Below, one piece after another: positions 21,015-30,224 of a stretch of DNA of 49,592 bases. The position numbers and the translations under genes are program-made. The stretch is from Synechococcaceae cyanobacterium (GTDB taxonomy: Bacteria; Cyanobacteriota; Cyanobacteriia; PCC-6307; Cyanobiaceae), in assembly GCA_046319055.1 (NCBI GenBank), contig JBKCTK010000004.1:1-49592 (forward strand), read 5' to 3'. The notes under the pieces were generated by a model. It was not told where the DNA came from. It did not search any database and was given only the letters and a program-made list of their open reading frames with translations. The number at the start of each line of letters is the position of its first letter. Positions within the stretch are counted from its first letter, which is position 1.

Positions 21015-21977
21015 ATGCCGATGCCGCCCTCCACGCCAGCCGCAGCAGCGACGGCCGCCGCGATAGCCGCCGCGGCTTCCCCCTGGCCCGCCACCGCCTT
21101 CCTGGGCCTGGGGGCCCTGGGCGCTCCGATGGCCGCCCGGCTACGGGCGGCCGGGGTGCCGCTGTCGGTCTACAACCGCTCGCCCGGCCCTGAGGGGCCG
21201 CTGCTTGCCGCCGGCGCCCGGCCGGCGTCGGATCCAGCGGCGGCGGTGGCCGGCGCGGCGTTGATCTGCCTCTGCCTCAGCGACGACGCCGCTGTGGAGG
21301 CGGTGCTGAAGGCGGCGGCTCCAGCTCTCCAGACCGGCGCCCTGGTGATCGACTTCTCCACCATCGCCCCGGCCACCAGCATCGACCAGGCCGCCTGCCT
21401 CGCCGAGCGGGGGGTGGCCTACATCGATGCCCCCGTTACCGGCGGCACCGAAGGGGCCCGCAACGGCAGCTTGGCGATCCTGGTCGGCGGCGCGGTGGAG
21501 CATGTGGAACGGGCACGCCCGCTGCTGGAGCAAGTCGGCAACCGCATCAGCCACTTCGGCCCGGTGGGGCGGGGTCAACAGGTGAAGGCCCTCAACCAGG
21601 TGCTGGTGGCCGGCAGCTACGCGGCCCTGGCGGAGGCCATGGCGCTTGGCCAACGGTTGGGGCTGCCGCTGGAGCAGGTGTGCGAGGTGTTGCGCCATGG
21701 CGCCGCCGGCTCCTGGGCCCTAGAGCACCGCTCCGAGGCGATGCGGCGCGACCATTACCCCCTGGGCTTCCGGCTGGCGCTGCACCGCAAAGATCTGGCC
21801 ATCGCCCTCAGCGCCGCCGAAGCCGCGGGCCTGGAGCTGCCGATCAGCCGCCTGGTGGCCGCCATGGAAGATGAGCTGATCGGCGCCGGCCATGGCGACC
21901 AGGATGTGTCGGCGCTGCGGCGCTGGTTCAATCCCGGGTCGGAGGATCTGGAGATTCCGCCGCCGCCGGCGGACTGA
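21015..21977 (+). CDS. NAD(P)-dependent oxidoreductase, 3-hydroxyisobutyrate dehydrogenase family
   Basis: FLGLGALGAPMA, YNRS, IDAPVTGG, GQQVKALNQ, KDL. Confidence 0.9.
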   Translation: MPMPPSTPAAAATAAAIAAAASPWPATAFLGLGALGAPMAARLRAAGVPLSVYNRSPGPEGPLLAAGARPASDPAAAVAGAALICLCLSDDAAVEAVLKAAAPALQTGALVIDFSTIAPATSIDQAACLAERGVAYIDAPVTGGTEGARNGSLAILVGGAVEHVERARPLLEQVGNRISHFGPVGRGQQVKALNQVLVAGSYAALAEAMALGQRLGLPLEQVCEVLRHGAAGSWALEHRSEAMRRDHYPLGFRLALHRKDLAIALSAAEAAGLELPISRLVAAMEDELIGAGHGDQDVSALRRWFNPGSEDLEIPPPPAD

Positions 21978-22242
21978 GCAAGGCGGCCTGCAGCGCCGCG
22001 GCGCTCCAGCCCTCCACCGCGATCCACTTGCGGCGCGAACGGTCGCCGCGCAACAGGCGCACCGCACGGGGGGCGACCCCCAGCCGCTCCGCCAGGAAGC
22101 GCCGCAAGGCCTGGTTGGCGGCGCCCTCCACCGCCGGCGCCCGCAGGCGGATGGCGATCGCTCCCTGCCGCTCCCCCACCACCGCGTCACGGCTGGCCCG
22201 GGGCAGCACCTGGATCGCCACGGCCCTGTCGCTCATCGCCAT
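21928..22242 (-). CDS. DUF167 (YggU) family protein
   Basis: VLPRASRD, APAVEGAAN, GDRSRRK. Confidence 0.8.
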   Translation of the reverse strand: MAMSDRAVAIQVLPRASRDAVVGERQGAIAIRLRAPAVEGAANQALRRFLAERLGVAPRAVRLLRGDRSRRKWIAVEGWSAAALQAALLSPPAAAESPDPPTRD

Positions 22243-23435
22243 GCAGCCGGGGCCGGGGCCGGGTCGTCAGCGCGGCGGCGCAACAGCGGCGGCGGCGGTG
22301 CCCACAGATCGAGAACGCCCCCATCGGGGCGGCGCAGCCGCAGGGCCAGGGCATGCAAGCGGTAACCGCCAGCGCCAGGCAGGCTGGCGGGATTCGGCAG
22401 GCCACCGGGCCGGTAGAGCGGATCCCCCAGCAGCGGCGCCCCCAGGGCGGCGCAGTGGATGCGGATCTGATGGGGCCGTCCGCTCTCGATCACCACCTCC
22501 ACCAGATCGCCCTCGGCCCGGGCCTCCAGCAGGGTCAGCCGGCTGACAGCGGGCAGGGCCCCCGCGCCGCCGGCGGCCCACACCTGGCCCAGCTTGGGAT
22601 GGCCATGGCGGCCGATCGGCACCGCGATGGTGCAGGAGCTGCCGGGGGCCAGATCCAGGCCCCCCGCCGGCAGCAGCGCGCGATACACCTTGCGGGCCCC
22701 GCCCCCGGTGGCGTCGGCCCGGCCACGGCCCTCAGGGGAAGGCCGACTCCCGGCTAGATCGCTGGGCGCTGGCGTCTCCAGCGGAGCGGCCTCGCCGTCG
22801 GACGGCACCACCGGGACCATGGCCCTGGCCCGGTCCCCTCGCTCCCCAGGGACGGGTGATCCCGGCGCGGCTGGTCGCTGGGCCGGTGCCGCGCCGCCAG
22901 CCGCCGGCGCCAGCAGCTGGGCCGTGCTGTCCCGCAGCTGGGCGCTGAGCCAGGCCCGGCTGGCGGGTTGGCGGGCGCAGACCAACAGGCCGGAGGTGAA
23001 GCGGCCCAGGCGATGGACCGGCCTGGGGATGGGGGCCCCATCGCTCCCATAGCGCCGCTCCAACAGCCGCAGCACGGTGTGCTCCAGCCAACCGCCGGCG
23101 GGCAGCACCGGCAGGCCGGAGGGCTTGTCCAACACCAGCAGATCGCCGTCCTCGAAGCGGATCGGTAGCACCGCCGGCACGGGGCCCTCCCACCAGGGCG
23201 CACGGCGCCAGACCAGGCGATCCCCGCGCTGCAGCATCAGGTCGCGCTGGAGCACCATGCCGTTGCGGCTGATTTCGCCGTTCGCCAGCCGCTGTTGCCA
23301 GTGCTCGGCGGGGGAGTGGCGGTGGTGGGCGCTGTAGTAGGCCACCAAGCCCATCCCAGCACCATCGGGGCCCACCCGCTCGCGATAGCTCCAACCCTGG
23401 TTGAACGCCCCCGGCAGCCAACCGTCTTCGGGCAC
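22233..23435 (-). CDS. RluA-family pseudouridine synthase homolog
   Basis: LDKPSGLPV, HRLGRFTSG, KVYRAL, SGRPHQIRIH, LLGDPLY, LHA. Confidence 0.88.
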   Translation of the reverse strand: MPEDGWLPGAFNQGWSYRERVGPDGAGMGLVAYYSAHHRHSPAEHWQQRLANGEISRNGMVLQRDLMLQRGDRLVWRRAPWWEGPVPAVLPIRFEDGDLLVLDKPSGLPVLPAGGWLEHTVLRLLERRYGSDGAPIPRPVHRLGRFTSGLLVCARQPASRAWLSAQLRDSTAQLLAPAAGGAAPAQRPAAPGSPVPGERGDRARAMVPVVPSDGEAAPLETPAPSDLAGSRPSPEGRGRADATGGGARKVYRALLPAGGLDLAPGSSCTIAVPIGRHGHPKLGQVWAAGGAGALPAVSRLTLLEARAEGDLVEVVIESGRPHQIRIHCAALGAPLLGDPLYRPGGLPNPASLPGAGGYRLHALALRLRRPDGGVLDLWAPPPPLLRRRADDPAPAPAAWR

Positions 23436-23451
23436 CGCGATGGTCAGCGCC

Positions 23452-24213
23452 TCACTCCACCAACCCGTGCTCCAGGGCGAAGCGCACCAGCTCCGTGCGG
23501 CTGGAGGTGCCGGTCTTGATGAACAGGCGGCTCACGTATTTCTCCACGTTGCGGATCGAGGTTTCCAGCCGCCGCGCGATCTCCTTATTCATGAGGCCCT
23601 CGGCCACCAGCTGCAGCACGCTGGACTCGCGGGGGGTGAAGTCGAAGGTGAGATCGGCCGTGGGTTTCTTCACGCCACCGCTGCCGAGCATCGAGCGGAT
23701 CTCGGTGATCTGGCGCGCCATGGCGCCGATGTCGGCGTCGGCGAAGCGGGCCGCCTCGGCCAGCAACCGCTCCTGGCGCCGCACCACGTTCCGCACCCGG
23801 GCCACCAGTTCGTCGGGATCGAACGGCTTGGGGATGTAGTCGTCCGCCCCGGCCTGGAAGCCGGCGATGCGATCGGCGGTCATCCCTTTGGCGGTGAGGA
23901 AGATCACCGGTGTGCCGCCGAGGCGCTCGTCGGCCCGCAGGCGCTTGAGCAGGCCATAGCCATCGCAGCGGGGCATCATCACATCGGTGATGACCACATC
24001 AGGCTGGAGCTCCTGGGCCAGGGTCCACCCCTCCTCGCCATCGTTGGCGGTGCTGACGACAAAATCTTCGTCTTCCAGGTAAGCCTTCACGGCCGTGCGC
24101 AGCCCGGGCTCGTCGTCGACGAGCAAAAGCCGTACGGGGGCAGTTTGGGCCGCATCCTCGGCGCCGCTGGCGGCGGGCTGGGTCGGCTGCGCGTTGGGGG
24201 ATTCAGGAGCCAT
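23452..24213 (-). CDS. ycf29: NarL/LuxR-type response regulator (Ycf29/Rre1)
   Basis: LLVDDEPGLR, TDVMMP, LTAKGMTADRI, GLMNKEIARRLETSIRNVEKYVSRLF. Confidence 0.92.
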   Translation of the reverse strand: MAPESPNAQPTQPAASGAEDAAQTAPVRLLLVDDEPGLRTAVKAYLEDEDFVVSTANDGEEGWTLAQELQPDVVITDVMMPRCDGYGLLKRLRADERLGGTPVIFLTAKGMTADRIAGFQAGADDYIPKPFDPDELVARVRNVVRRQERLLAEAARFADADIGAMARQITEIRSMLGSGGVKKPTADLTFDFTPRESSVLQLVAEGLMNKEIARRLETSIRNVEKYVSRLFIKTGTSSRTELVRFALEHGLVE

Positions 24214-24557
24214 GGGAGCAATCTATCGATGGGCCCTGGGGCGCCCCGAGGGCCGGGGTGCTGGGAGCGGCAGCCCCCAGACGCGCGGCGATCACAGGCA
24301 CCACTCAAGCCCCTGGGAACCTGTCGCCAATAGCCCCATCCACTCTGAAGCCCTGGCGCGGAGGACCTCGATCAACACCCTGATCCCGGAAGGGGGCTCG
24401 GGAGTATCCAGCCAACAGAACTCCAGCCAACACCCAGAACGTTGCCGCAGCCATGGCTGCCAAGCGCAAAACGCAGGATGGAGCTGTCCGGCACCTTCTC
24501 GCAACGAGACTGACTTGGCAGACGCACGCCGATCCTGCTTGGGCGGGGGAGCGACCT

Positions 24558-24710
24558 CCTGATCAGCAACAAAGCTCCTCATCAGAAGAATGGGTTCTCA
24601 CGCCTGGCAAGAACGGGCTTCCGGCGCCTCGCCTTTGGGCGCTCATGCGTGCCAGTCAGCATTCCTCAGCCCGTGATCGTTGGCTCTGCGGAGCTTGATT
24701 GCTGTTCAGG
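24558..24710 (-). mobile_element. MITE family A (153 bp), copy 2
   Basis: TIRs present; perfect 8-bp duplication AGCGACCT at 24550-24557 and 24711-24718. Confidence 0.9.
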
Positions 24711-24741
24711 AGCGACCTTGGCGGCCAGGGGCACAAGGCTC

Positions 24742-25263
24742 CTAGCGGCCGCCGGGCACGATCTCCAGGCGCTCCACCAGCTGGCCGCTGTAGCCGCGGG
24801 TCCGTGCCTCGGTCGCCAGGTCCGCGGGGTCACGACCGGCCAGGGAGGGATGGCAGACCGCCCACCACAGCTGGTGATCGAGGCGATTGGCCGGCGTGAT
24901 CACACCGCCGGGATTGAGATAGCGCAGCTCCAGGCTGGAACCGCTGCGCAGAATCCGCATCGGGGTGCGGGGATCGCAGTTAAGACGCTCGCTGGACACG
25001 GTCACCCGGTCGGAGACCTCCTGCCAGATCTGCACGTTCCAGAGGCTCGGATACGCCGGGTCAGGACGGGGATGAAACACGCCGAAGCTGTAAGGGCCCT
25101 CGCTGGTGGTTTTCGCCACCAGCACCACCAGCCCCGGCGGACGCTCAGCCGGCTGGTCCTGGGCCCGGGCCGGTGGCGCTGCCCAGGCAAGCCCCGCCGG
25201 TCCCAGCAGAAGCGCCAGTCCCATCGCCCGGGCCCAACTCCGCCCGTCAGGGAGCCGCGGCAC
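24742..25263 (-). CDS. Hypothetical exported protein
   Basis: Signal-like segment (MGLALLLGPAGLAWA) and a globular body with two Cys; start uncertain. Confidence 0.6.
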   Translation of the reverse strand: MPRLPDGRSWARAMGLALLLGPAGLAWAAPPARAQDQPAERPPGLVVLVAKTTSEGPYSFGVFHPRPDPAYPSLWNVQIWQEVSDRVTVSSERLNCDPRTPMRILRSGSSLELRYLNPGGVITPANRLDHQLWWAVCHPSLAGRDPADLATEARTRGYSGQLVERLEIVPGGR

Positions 25264-25337
25264 GGTGGGGCCCGCCGGCGGCGAGGCGCAGGAACGCCAG
25301 GAGAAACGGTTCAGGGATGGGGTGTCAGCCTGGGGGC

Positions 25338-26552
25338 ATGCTGACGTATCTCGATCACCACGCCACAACACCCTGCGATCCGGCGGTGCTGGCGGCGATG
25401 GCTCCCTGGTGGCACGACCGCTGCGCCAATGCCTCCGGCCGATTGCATCGCCGTTCGCTGGAAGCCGCCGCCGCGGTGGATCTGGCGCGGGACCAGTTGG
25501 CCTCCGCCCTGGGCATGCCAGCCGAGGCGGTGGTGTTCACCAGCGGCGCCACGGAGTCGAACAACCTGGCCCTGGCGGGGGTGGCGGAGGCGGCGATCGC
25601 GCGAGGCGAGCCGCGTCGGCGCCTGGTCACCCTGGCGACCGAACACCGGGCGGTGCTCGATCCGATGGCCTGGTTGGGGCGCCATGGGTTCCCGGTCACC
25701 GTGTTGCCGGTCCAGCCGGATGGGTTGGTGGATCTGGGGCAGCTGGCGGCAGCGATCGGCCCCGACACCTTGCTGGTCTCGGTGATGGCCGCCAACAACG
25801 AAATCGGCGTGCTCCAGCCGCTGGCGGAGATCGCGGCGCTGTGCCGGAGCCATGGGGTTCTGCTCCATTGCGACGCCGCCCAGGCGGTGGGCCACATCCC
25901 CCTCGACATGGAGGCCCTGGGGATCGATCTGCTCAGCCTCAGCGGCCACAAGCTTTACGGCCCCCCCGGCATCGGCGCCTTGCTGATCCGCCCTGGCGTG
26001 CGCGTGGCGGCGCAACAGCGCGGCGGTGGCCAGGAGCGGGGCCTGCGGGCGGGAACGCTACCGGTGCCCCTGGTGATCGGCCTCGGCGCCGCCGTGGCGG
26101 CGGCCATGGAGGATCGCCAGCAGCGACTGGCACGGCTCGGTCAGCTGCGGGATCAGCTCTGGCGGGGCATAGAGGCTCTCGGCGGGATGCGGCTCAACGG
26201 TCACCCCAGCCAGCGGCTGGCCCACAACCTGAACGTCAGTGTGCTGGGGGTGGAGGGGGCGGAACTGCATCGGCGTCTGCGCCGTGATCTTGCCGTCAGC
26301 AGCGGCTCGGCGTGCAGCCAGGGCGAGCCTTCAGCCGTGCTGGCGGCCCTGGGCCTGGGTCGGGCCGAGGCGGCGGCGGCCATTCGCTTCGGCCTCGGGC
26401 GGGAGACCACGGAGGCCGACATCGCGCGGGCCATCGCCGCGGTGCGCCAGGCGGTGGCGGAGCTGCGGCCGGTGCGGGGCGAAGACCTCAGCCTGGGAGT
26501 TCAAGCGGACGCCGCGGCCGAGGCCGCGGCGCTGCCCGAGGACCAAGGTTGA
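25338..26552 (+). CDS. iscS: Cysteine desulfurase (IscS/NifS group I)
   Basis: YLDHHATTP, FTSGATESNN, MAANNEIG, HCDAAQ, SGHK (PLP Lys), SSGSACS. Confidence 0.93.
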   Translation: MLTYLDHHATTPCDPAVLAAMAPWWHDRCANASGRLHRRSLEAAAAVDLARDQLASALGMPAEAVVFTSGATESNNLALAGVAEAAIARGEPRRRLVTLATEHRAVLDPMAWLGRHGFPVTVLPVQPDGLVDLGQLAAAIGPDTLLVSVMAANNEIGVLQPLAEIAALCRSHGVLLHCDAAQAVGHIPLDMEALGIDLLSLSGHKLYGPPGIGALLIRPGVRVAAQQRGGGQERGLRAGTLPVPLVIGLGAAVAAAMEDRQQRLARLGQLRDQLWRGIEALGGMRLNGHPSQRLAHNLNVSVLGVEGAELHRRLRRDLAVSSGSACSQGEPSAVLAALGLGRAEAAAAIRFGLGRETTEADIARAIAAVRQAVAELRPVRGEDLSLGVQADAAAEAAALPEDQG

Positions 26553-26929
26553 AGGATCAATGGCTCCTGGCGGGTCTGGTGCAGGCGCCAACCCCGCCGC
26601 GCCAGATCGCTCAGCTCCTGCAGCAGGGTGGCGGTGCTGCCACCAGCGATCCAGTTGGCCTTGATTCGCGGCAGCTGCTCGGTCATCTCCTCCAGAGAGA
26701 TCTCCAGCAGCAGCAGGCTGTCATCGCCGGCCGCCCGGTGGCTGGTCTCGGTTTCGCTGCGCTGGAACAGCCGCAACAGCAACTCCAGGGCGAGGCGGAG
26801 GCCCGTTTCTCCAGGGCTGGCGCTGGGATCGGCGTCGTTGTCGCGGGGACAGGAGCGACCCCCCAGGGGCATGGCACGCCGACCATCCCGCTCGATCAGG
26901 GCGATGGCCACGAGAAACGGTGAATCCAT
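26501..26929 (-). CDS. Hypothetical protein of a type I recall as conserved in picocyanobacteria
   Basis: MDSPFLVAIAL..GRRAMPLGG..LALELLLRL.QRS..LP..KA.W; convergent with iscS. Confidence 0.65.
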   Translation of the reverse strand: MDSPFLVAIALIERDGRRAMPLGGRSCPRDNDADPSASPGETGLRLALELLLRLFQRSETETSHRAAGDDSLLLLEISLEEMTEQLPRIKANWIAGGSTATLLQELSDLARRGWRLHQTRQEPLILQPWSSGSAAASAAASA

Positions 26930-27068
26930 GAACGGAGAGGAGATCACCCACCAGCAGAAGCCATTGGCAGGCGTCGAGGCCAGCCAACGGGGTGAAGTGA
27001 TGCGATTGCCCAGGAAGGATCTGCGTAGCATTGCCCCATCAGGGTCCCCAGCTGCGCAGAAGTCCCGC

Positions 27069-30000
27069 ATGCGTCCGCTGTCGCTTGGTGTTGCGTTTGG
27101 CGGGGTCTGTCTCACCCTGGCTGTCGTGTTCCACTGCGACCAGGCCCTGCGGCGAAGCCAGGTCCGACAACCCTCGGAGCGATTCGGCCCGGCCCGCCAG
27201 TCGGTCTGCTGGGAGCACAACCAGGTCTGGCCACCCCAGCGTGGAGCCCCGGCCAGTCCCGCGGCTGGGGCCTGGCCAGACCTGTCGCCCCAGCGTTCCG
27301 TGGGTTGCGGCCCCTGGCAAGCCGACCAGCCGCGGCAGCCCGCGGAAGCCTCCTGGGGCATTCAGCTTGGCCTACGGCCAATCGGGGGGACCGCTGGGCT
27401 CCAGAGACCTCGGCTTCACCACACCCCGCCAGAACTCAGCCCCCCCCTGGAGAACCCGCTGAACGCCGAGCCGGCAACGATCATCAGCCGTGAGTTCCTG
27501 GCTGGCGAGGGCTTCTCGGAGCAGCTCTGGCCGTTGGCGGAGCCCGGCTTGGGGCAGCAGCTCGAAAGCCAGCGGCTGACCCGCGAGGTGGATGCCATCC
27601 TGCTGGCCACCTTGCTGCTGATGGGGCTCAGCCTCAGCGCTGCGCTCGCCGCGCTGAGCGAACTGCAAAGCCTGGGTCAGCATCGCCAGCTGGCGCGAAT
27701 GCGCAGGGATTTTCAGACCGATCTCCCCTCCTTAAAAAGCCTTGAATTCGATCTAGAGGAGCTGGGACACGACCAACCGCAGCCGGATGCCTCCACAGCC
27801 CTGCTCGTCACGCTGAACTTTCAAGTTCTGGAGCGACAGAGAGCCTTCCTCAGCGACGCCCAGGTCGGCGAAACGCTGCGCCAGGCCTGGGACACCATTC
27901 GTCGGCGTCGCACGGACTGGGGCGATCTGCGCTGCTATCGCATTTCCGATCATCGCCTGGCCATCCTCAGTCGTGACGTGCCTGAACCGCTGCTGGCCAC
28001 ATCCAAGGATGCCTGCGATCAGATCCTGCAAACCATGTTGAGTGATGCCAGCCAAGCGACCACGAAGACGTTGCATCTAGCTCTCCAGTGGGACGATATT
28101 ATCGTTACCGGTCAACAGCTCTCCTCGCACCATGAAAGCAGTCGACTGCTCACCAATCATGCCTTTGGAGAGCGGCTGGCAGGCCAGGATAAGATCGCCT
28201 TCAGGATGGTGGAGGCGAATGATGAGCAACGCAGCCGGTTCGATTCCGAAATTAGCAGCAGTCTGATTCAACTGGGAGCACACGATATCGCCTTTCGCTT
28301 CCAGCCAATCCTGCTCCTTTCTGATCCAGGACGTTTTGGCCTGGAGCTGCTGCTGCGCTTCCGCCCAGAGTCCCTGGCAAGGGTCGGAACATCCAACGCC
28401 CTACGCTTCGCCCACGACCTCGGAATTGCACACGTCATCGACGAGATCGTGATCAGCCAACTGCAGGAAATTCAGGAGTGGCTTGCCAATAATTCCGCCT
28501 TGTCTGCCAGGATAGCCTATGTTTCAGTGAACATCTCAAGTGAGTCACTCTCAACGCCAAAACGGCTTGACCACCTGATCGACATGCTCCGCAAGCATGA
28601 GATCGACAATGGCCTTTTCTGCCTGGAGATCACCGAAACCGCGGCGACGCATCAGCTACCCGGCAGCAGCCACGTGCGGACAGCATCAGAGCGGTTGATC
28701 AAGGAACTGGCGTTCCGGATCTTCATTGACGACTTTGGCTCTGGACTCTCCAACTACCGGCGCATCTGCGAAGCCTGGTACGACACCATCAAACTCGATA
28801 TCGGTCTGATCAAAGGGATCAGCGATTCCTTCCGATTGCAGCACTACGTTGGCCCCTTCATCAAATCCGTCCACGCCCTCGGCAAAACCGTGATTGCAGA
28901 AGGTGTTGAAGACGCCAACGATCTCTGCACCGCCGTGCGCCTCGGCGCTGATTGCCTGCAAGGATTTCGGGTGTCTAAACCGCTGAATCGTGCCTCGCTT
29001 GTTGACTTTGTCACCGGTTCCGACTGGGCCAACCCCAGCTGGCTTGAGGCCTTCCTTGAAGAGATCTGCGATTCCGACAGGTTGCTGTCTTCACAGCAGC
29101 GCATCGAGGGCAACAAGACCAGTGGAACGCGCATCCCACTGGAGCGACTGCTGCTTCAGAATTGGTCCAAACTACGCAGCTACGAGGAATTTGTGCTGCT
29201 GTTTGTTAATGAGCTAAAGCTATGGGGGCTCGATATCATGCGACTTTCGCTCGCCTTCTTGCCCGAAGAAGAGGATATTGATTGCAGTCAATATATCTGG
29301 AACTCGCGCGAGCCTGGCGAAGTTCGCACCCTACGAATGGGTCGTGATTTTTTAGAGCATCATGAGCATCGTTCCAGCCCGCTGCATCGGATCGCAACCA
29401 CTGGCGAAACCCTACGCCGACGTCTGAACCGGACTAGCGAGCCTGATTTTGAGTTGTTGGCAGCCCTGCAGCAGCAGGGCTGCACGGATTACGTCGGCTT
29501 CCGCCTGGAGTCGCGAGGCATCTCGATTCCCGTGCTCACAATTGCGCTGCAGCGGCAATGCGTGTTCAGCGATGACCAGGTGAAGCGGATTGAATCGATG
29601 AGCAATCTGCTGAGCTTACTATTCTACACCTTTGAAAGTGAGCGCGCCAAGCGAATGGCCCTGCTCGATCCGCTCACGGGGCTCGCCAATCGACGCAGTT
29701 ACGACTCCTTCCTGCGGGCAAACTTCGCCTCCTGCCGAAGCAACCATCAACCACTAGCGCTGGCCCTCATTGATATCGATCGCTTTAAATCCGTCAACGA
29801 TCTTATGGGCCACGCCTACGGTGATCGCGCCTTGCGCAAAGTCGCAACTATCCTGGGTGGAAAGCTGCAAAAACGCAGTGATTTTCTCGCCAGACTAGGC
29901 GGAGAGGAGTTTGGCCTGATCATGCCGAACACCGATGCTCAACAGGCTCAGGAGCTTTGCTCTTCCATGCGTGAGGCGATTGAATCCGCTGCGATCGACC

Positions 30001-30212
30001 ATCCGCTTGCCGTCACGGGAGGCGTGTTGACCATCAGCATCGGCATCGGCCTTTGGCATCCTGGCGAATGCGACAATTGCGATAGCGACAGTCTTCAGCA
30101 GTTGGCCGACGACTGCCTTTATGCCGCCAAAAACGCCGGCCGCAACCGGGTCGAGATGACCAACCTGAAAGAACAAGGTCACCACGCACCCCAGAGCCCT
30201 GAATCCCGCTAA
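27069..30212 (+). CDS. Membrane-anchored c-di-GMP enzyme: 2 TM, degenerate GGDEF, EAL, GAF-like, GGDEF
   Basis: ELLLR (28344), SVNIS, EITET, DDFGSG, IKLD, AEGVE, QGF; then DPLTGLANRR, DIDRFKSVND..GH..GD, RLGGEEF (29898), LYAAKNAGRN. Start uncertain. Confidence 0.88.
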   Translation: MRPLSLGVAFGGVCLTLAVVFHCDQALRRSQVRQPSERFGPARQSVCWEHNQVWPPQRGAPASPAAGAWPDLSPQRSVGCGPWQADQPRQPAEASWGIQLGLRPIGGTAGLQRPRLHHTPPELSPPLENPLNAEPATIISREFLAGEGFSEQLWPLAEPGLGQQLESQRLTREVDAILLATLLLMGLSLSAALAALSELQSLGQHRQLARMRRDFQTDLPSLKSLEFDLEELGHDQPQPDASTALLVTLNFQVLERQRAFLSDAQVGETLRQAWDTIRRRRTDWGDLRCYRISDHRLAILSRDVPEPLLATSKDACDQILQTMLSDASQATTKTLHLALQWDDIIVTGQQLSSHHESSRLLTNHAFGERLAGQDKIAFRMVEANDEQRSRFDSEISSSLIQLGAHDIAFRFQPILLLSDPGRFGLELLLRFRPESLARVGTSNALRFAHDLGIAHVIDEIVISQLQEIQEWLANNSALSARIAYVSVNISSESLSTPKRLDHLIDMLRKHEIDNGLFCLEITETAATHQLPGSSHVRTASERLIKELAFRIFIDDFGSGLSNYRRICEAWYDTIKLDIGLIKGISDSFRLQHYVGPFIKSVHALGKTVIAEGVEDANDLCTAVRLGADCLQGFRVSKPLNRASLVDFVTGSDWANPSWLEAFLEEICDSDRLLSSQQRIEGNKTSGTRIPLERLLLQNWSKLRSYEEFVLLFVNELKLWGLDIMRLSLAFLPEEEDIDCSQYIWNSREPGEVRTLRMGRDFLEHHEHRSSPLHRIATTGETLRRRLNRTSEPDFELLAALQQQGCTDYVGFRLESRGISIPVLTIALQRQCVFSDDQVKRIESMSNLLSLLFYTFESERAKRMALLDPLTGLANRRSYDSFLRANFASCRSNHQPLALALIDIDRFKSVNDLMGHAYGDRALRKVATILGGKLQKRSDFLARLGGEEFGLIMPNTDAQQAQELCSSMREAIESAAIDHPLAVTGGVLTISIGIGLWHPGECDNCDSDSLQQLADDCLYAAKNAGRNRVEMTNLKEQGHHAPQSPESR

Positions 30213-30224
30213 GCCCCCCAGGGT

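Noticed and set aside
26628-27068. N-terminal extension of the EAL/GGDEF ORF
   Set aside because: Overlaps the opposite-strand conserved gene 26501-26929; ATG 27069 just before the first TM is more plausible.
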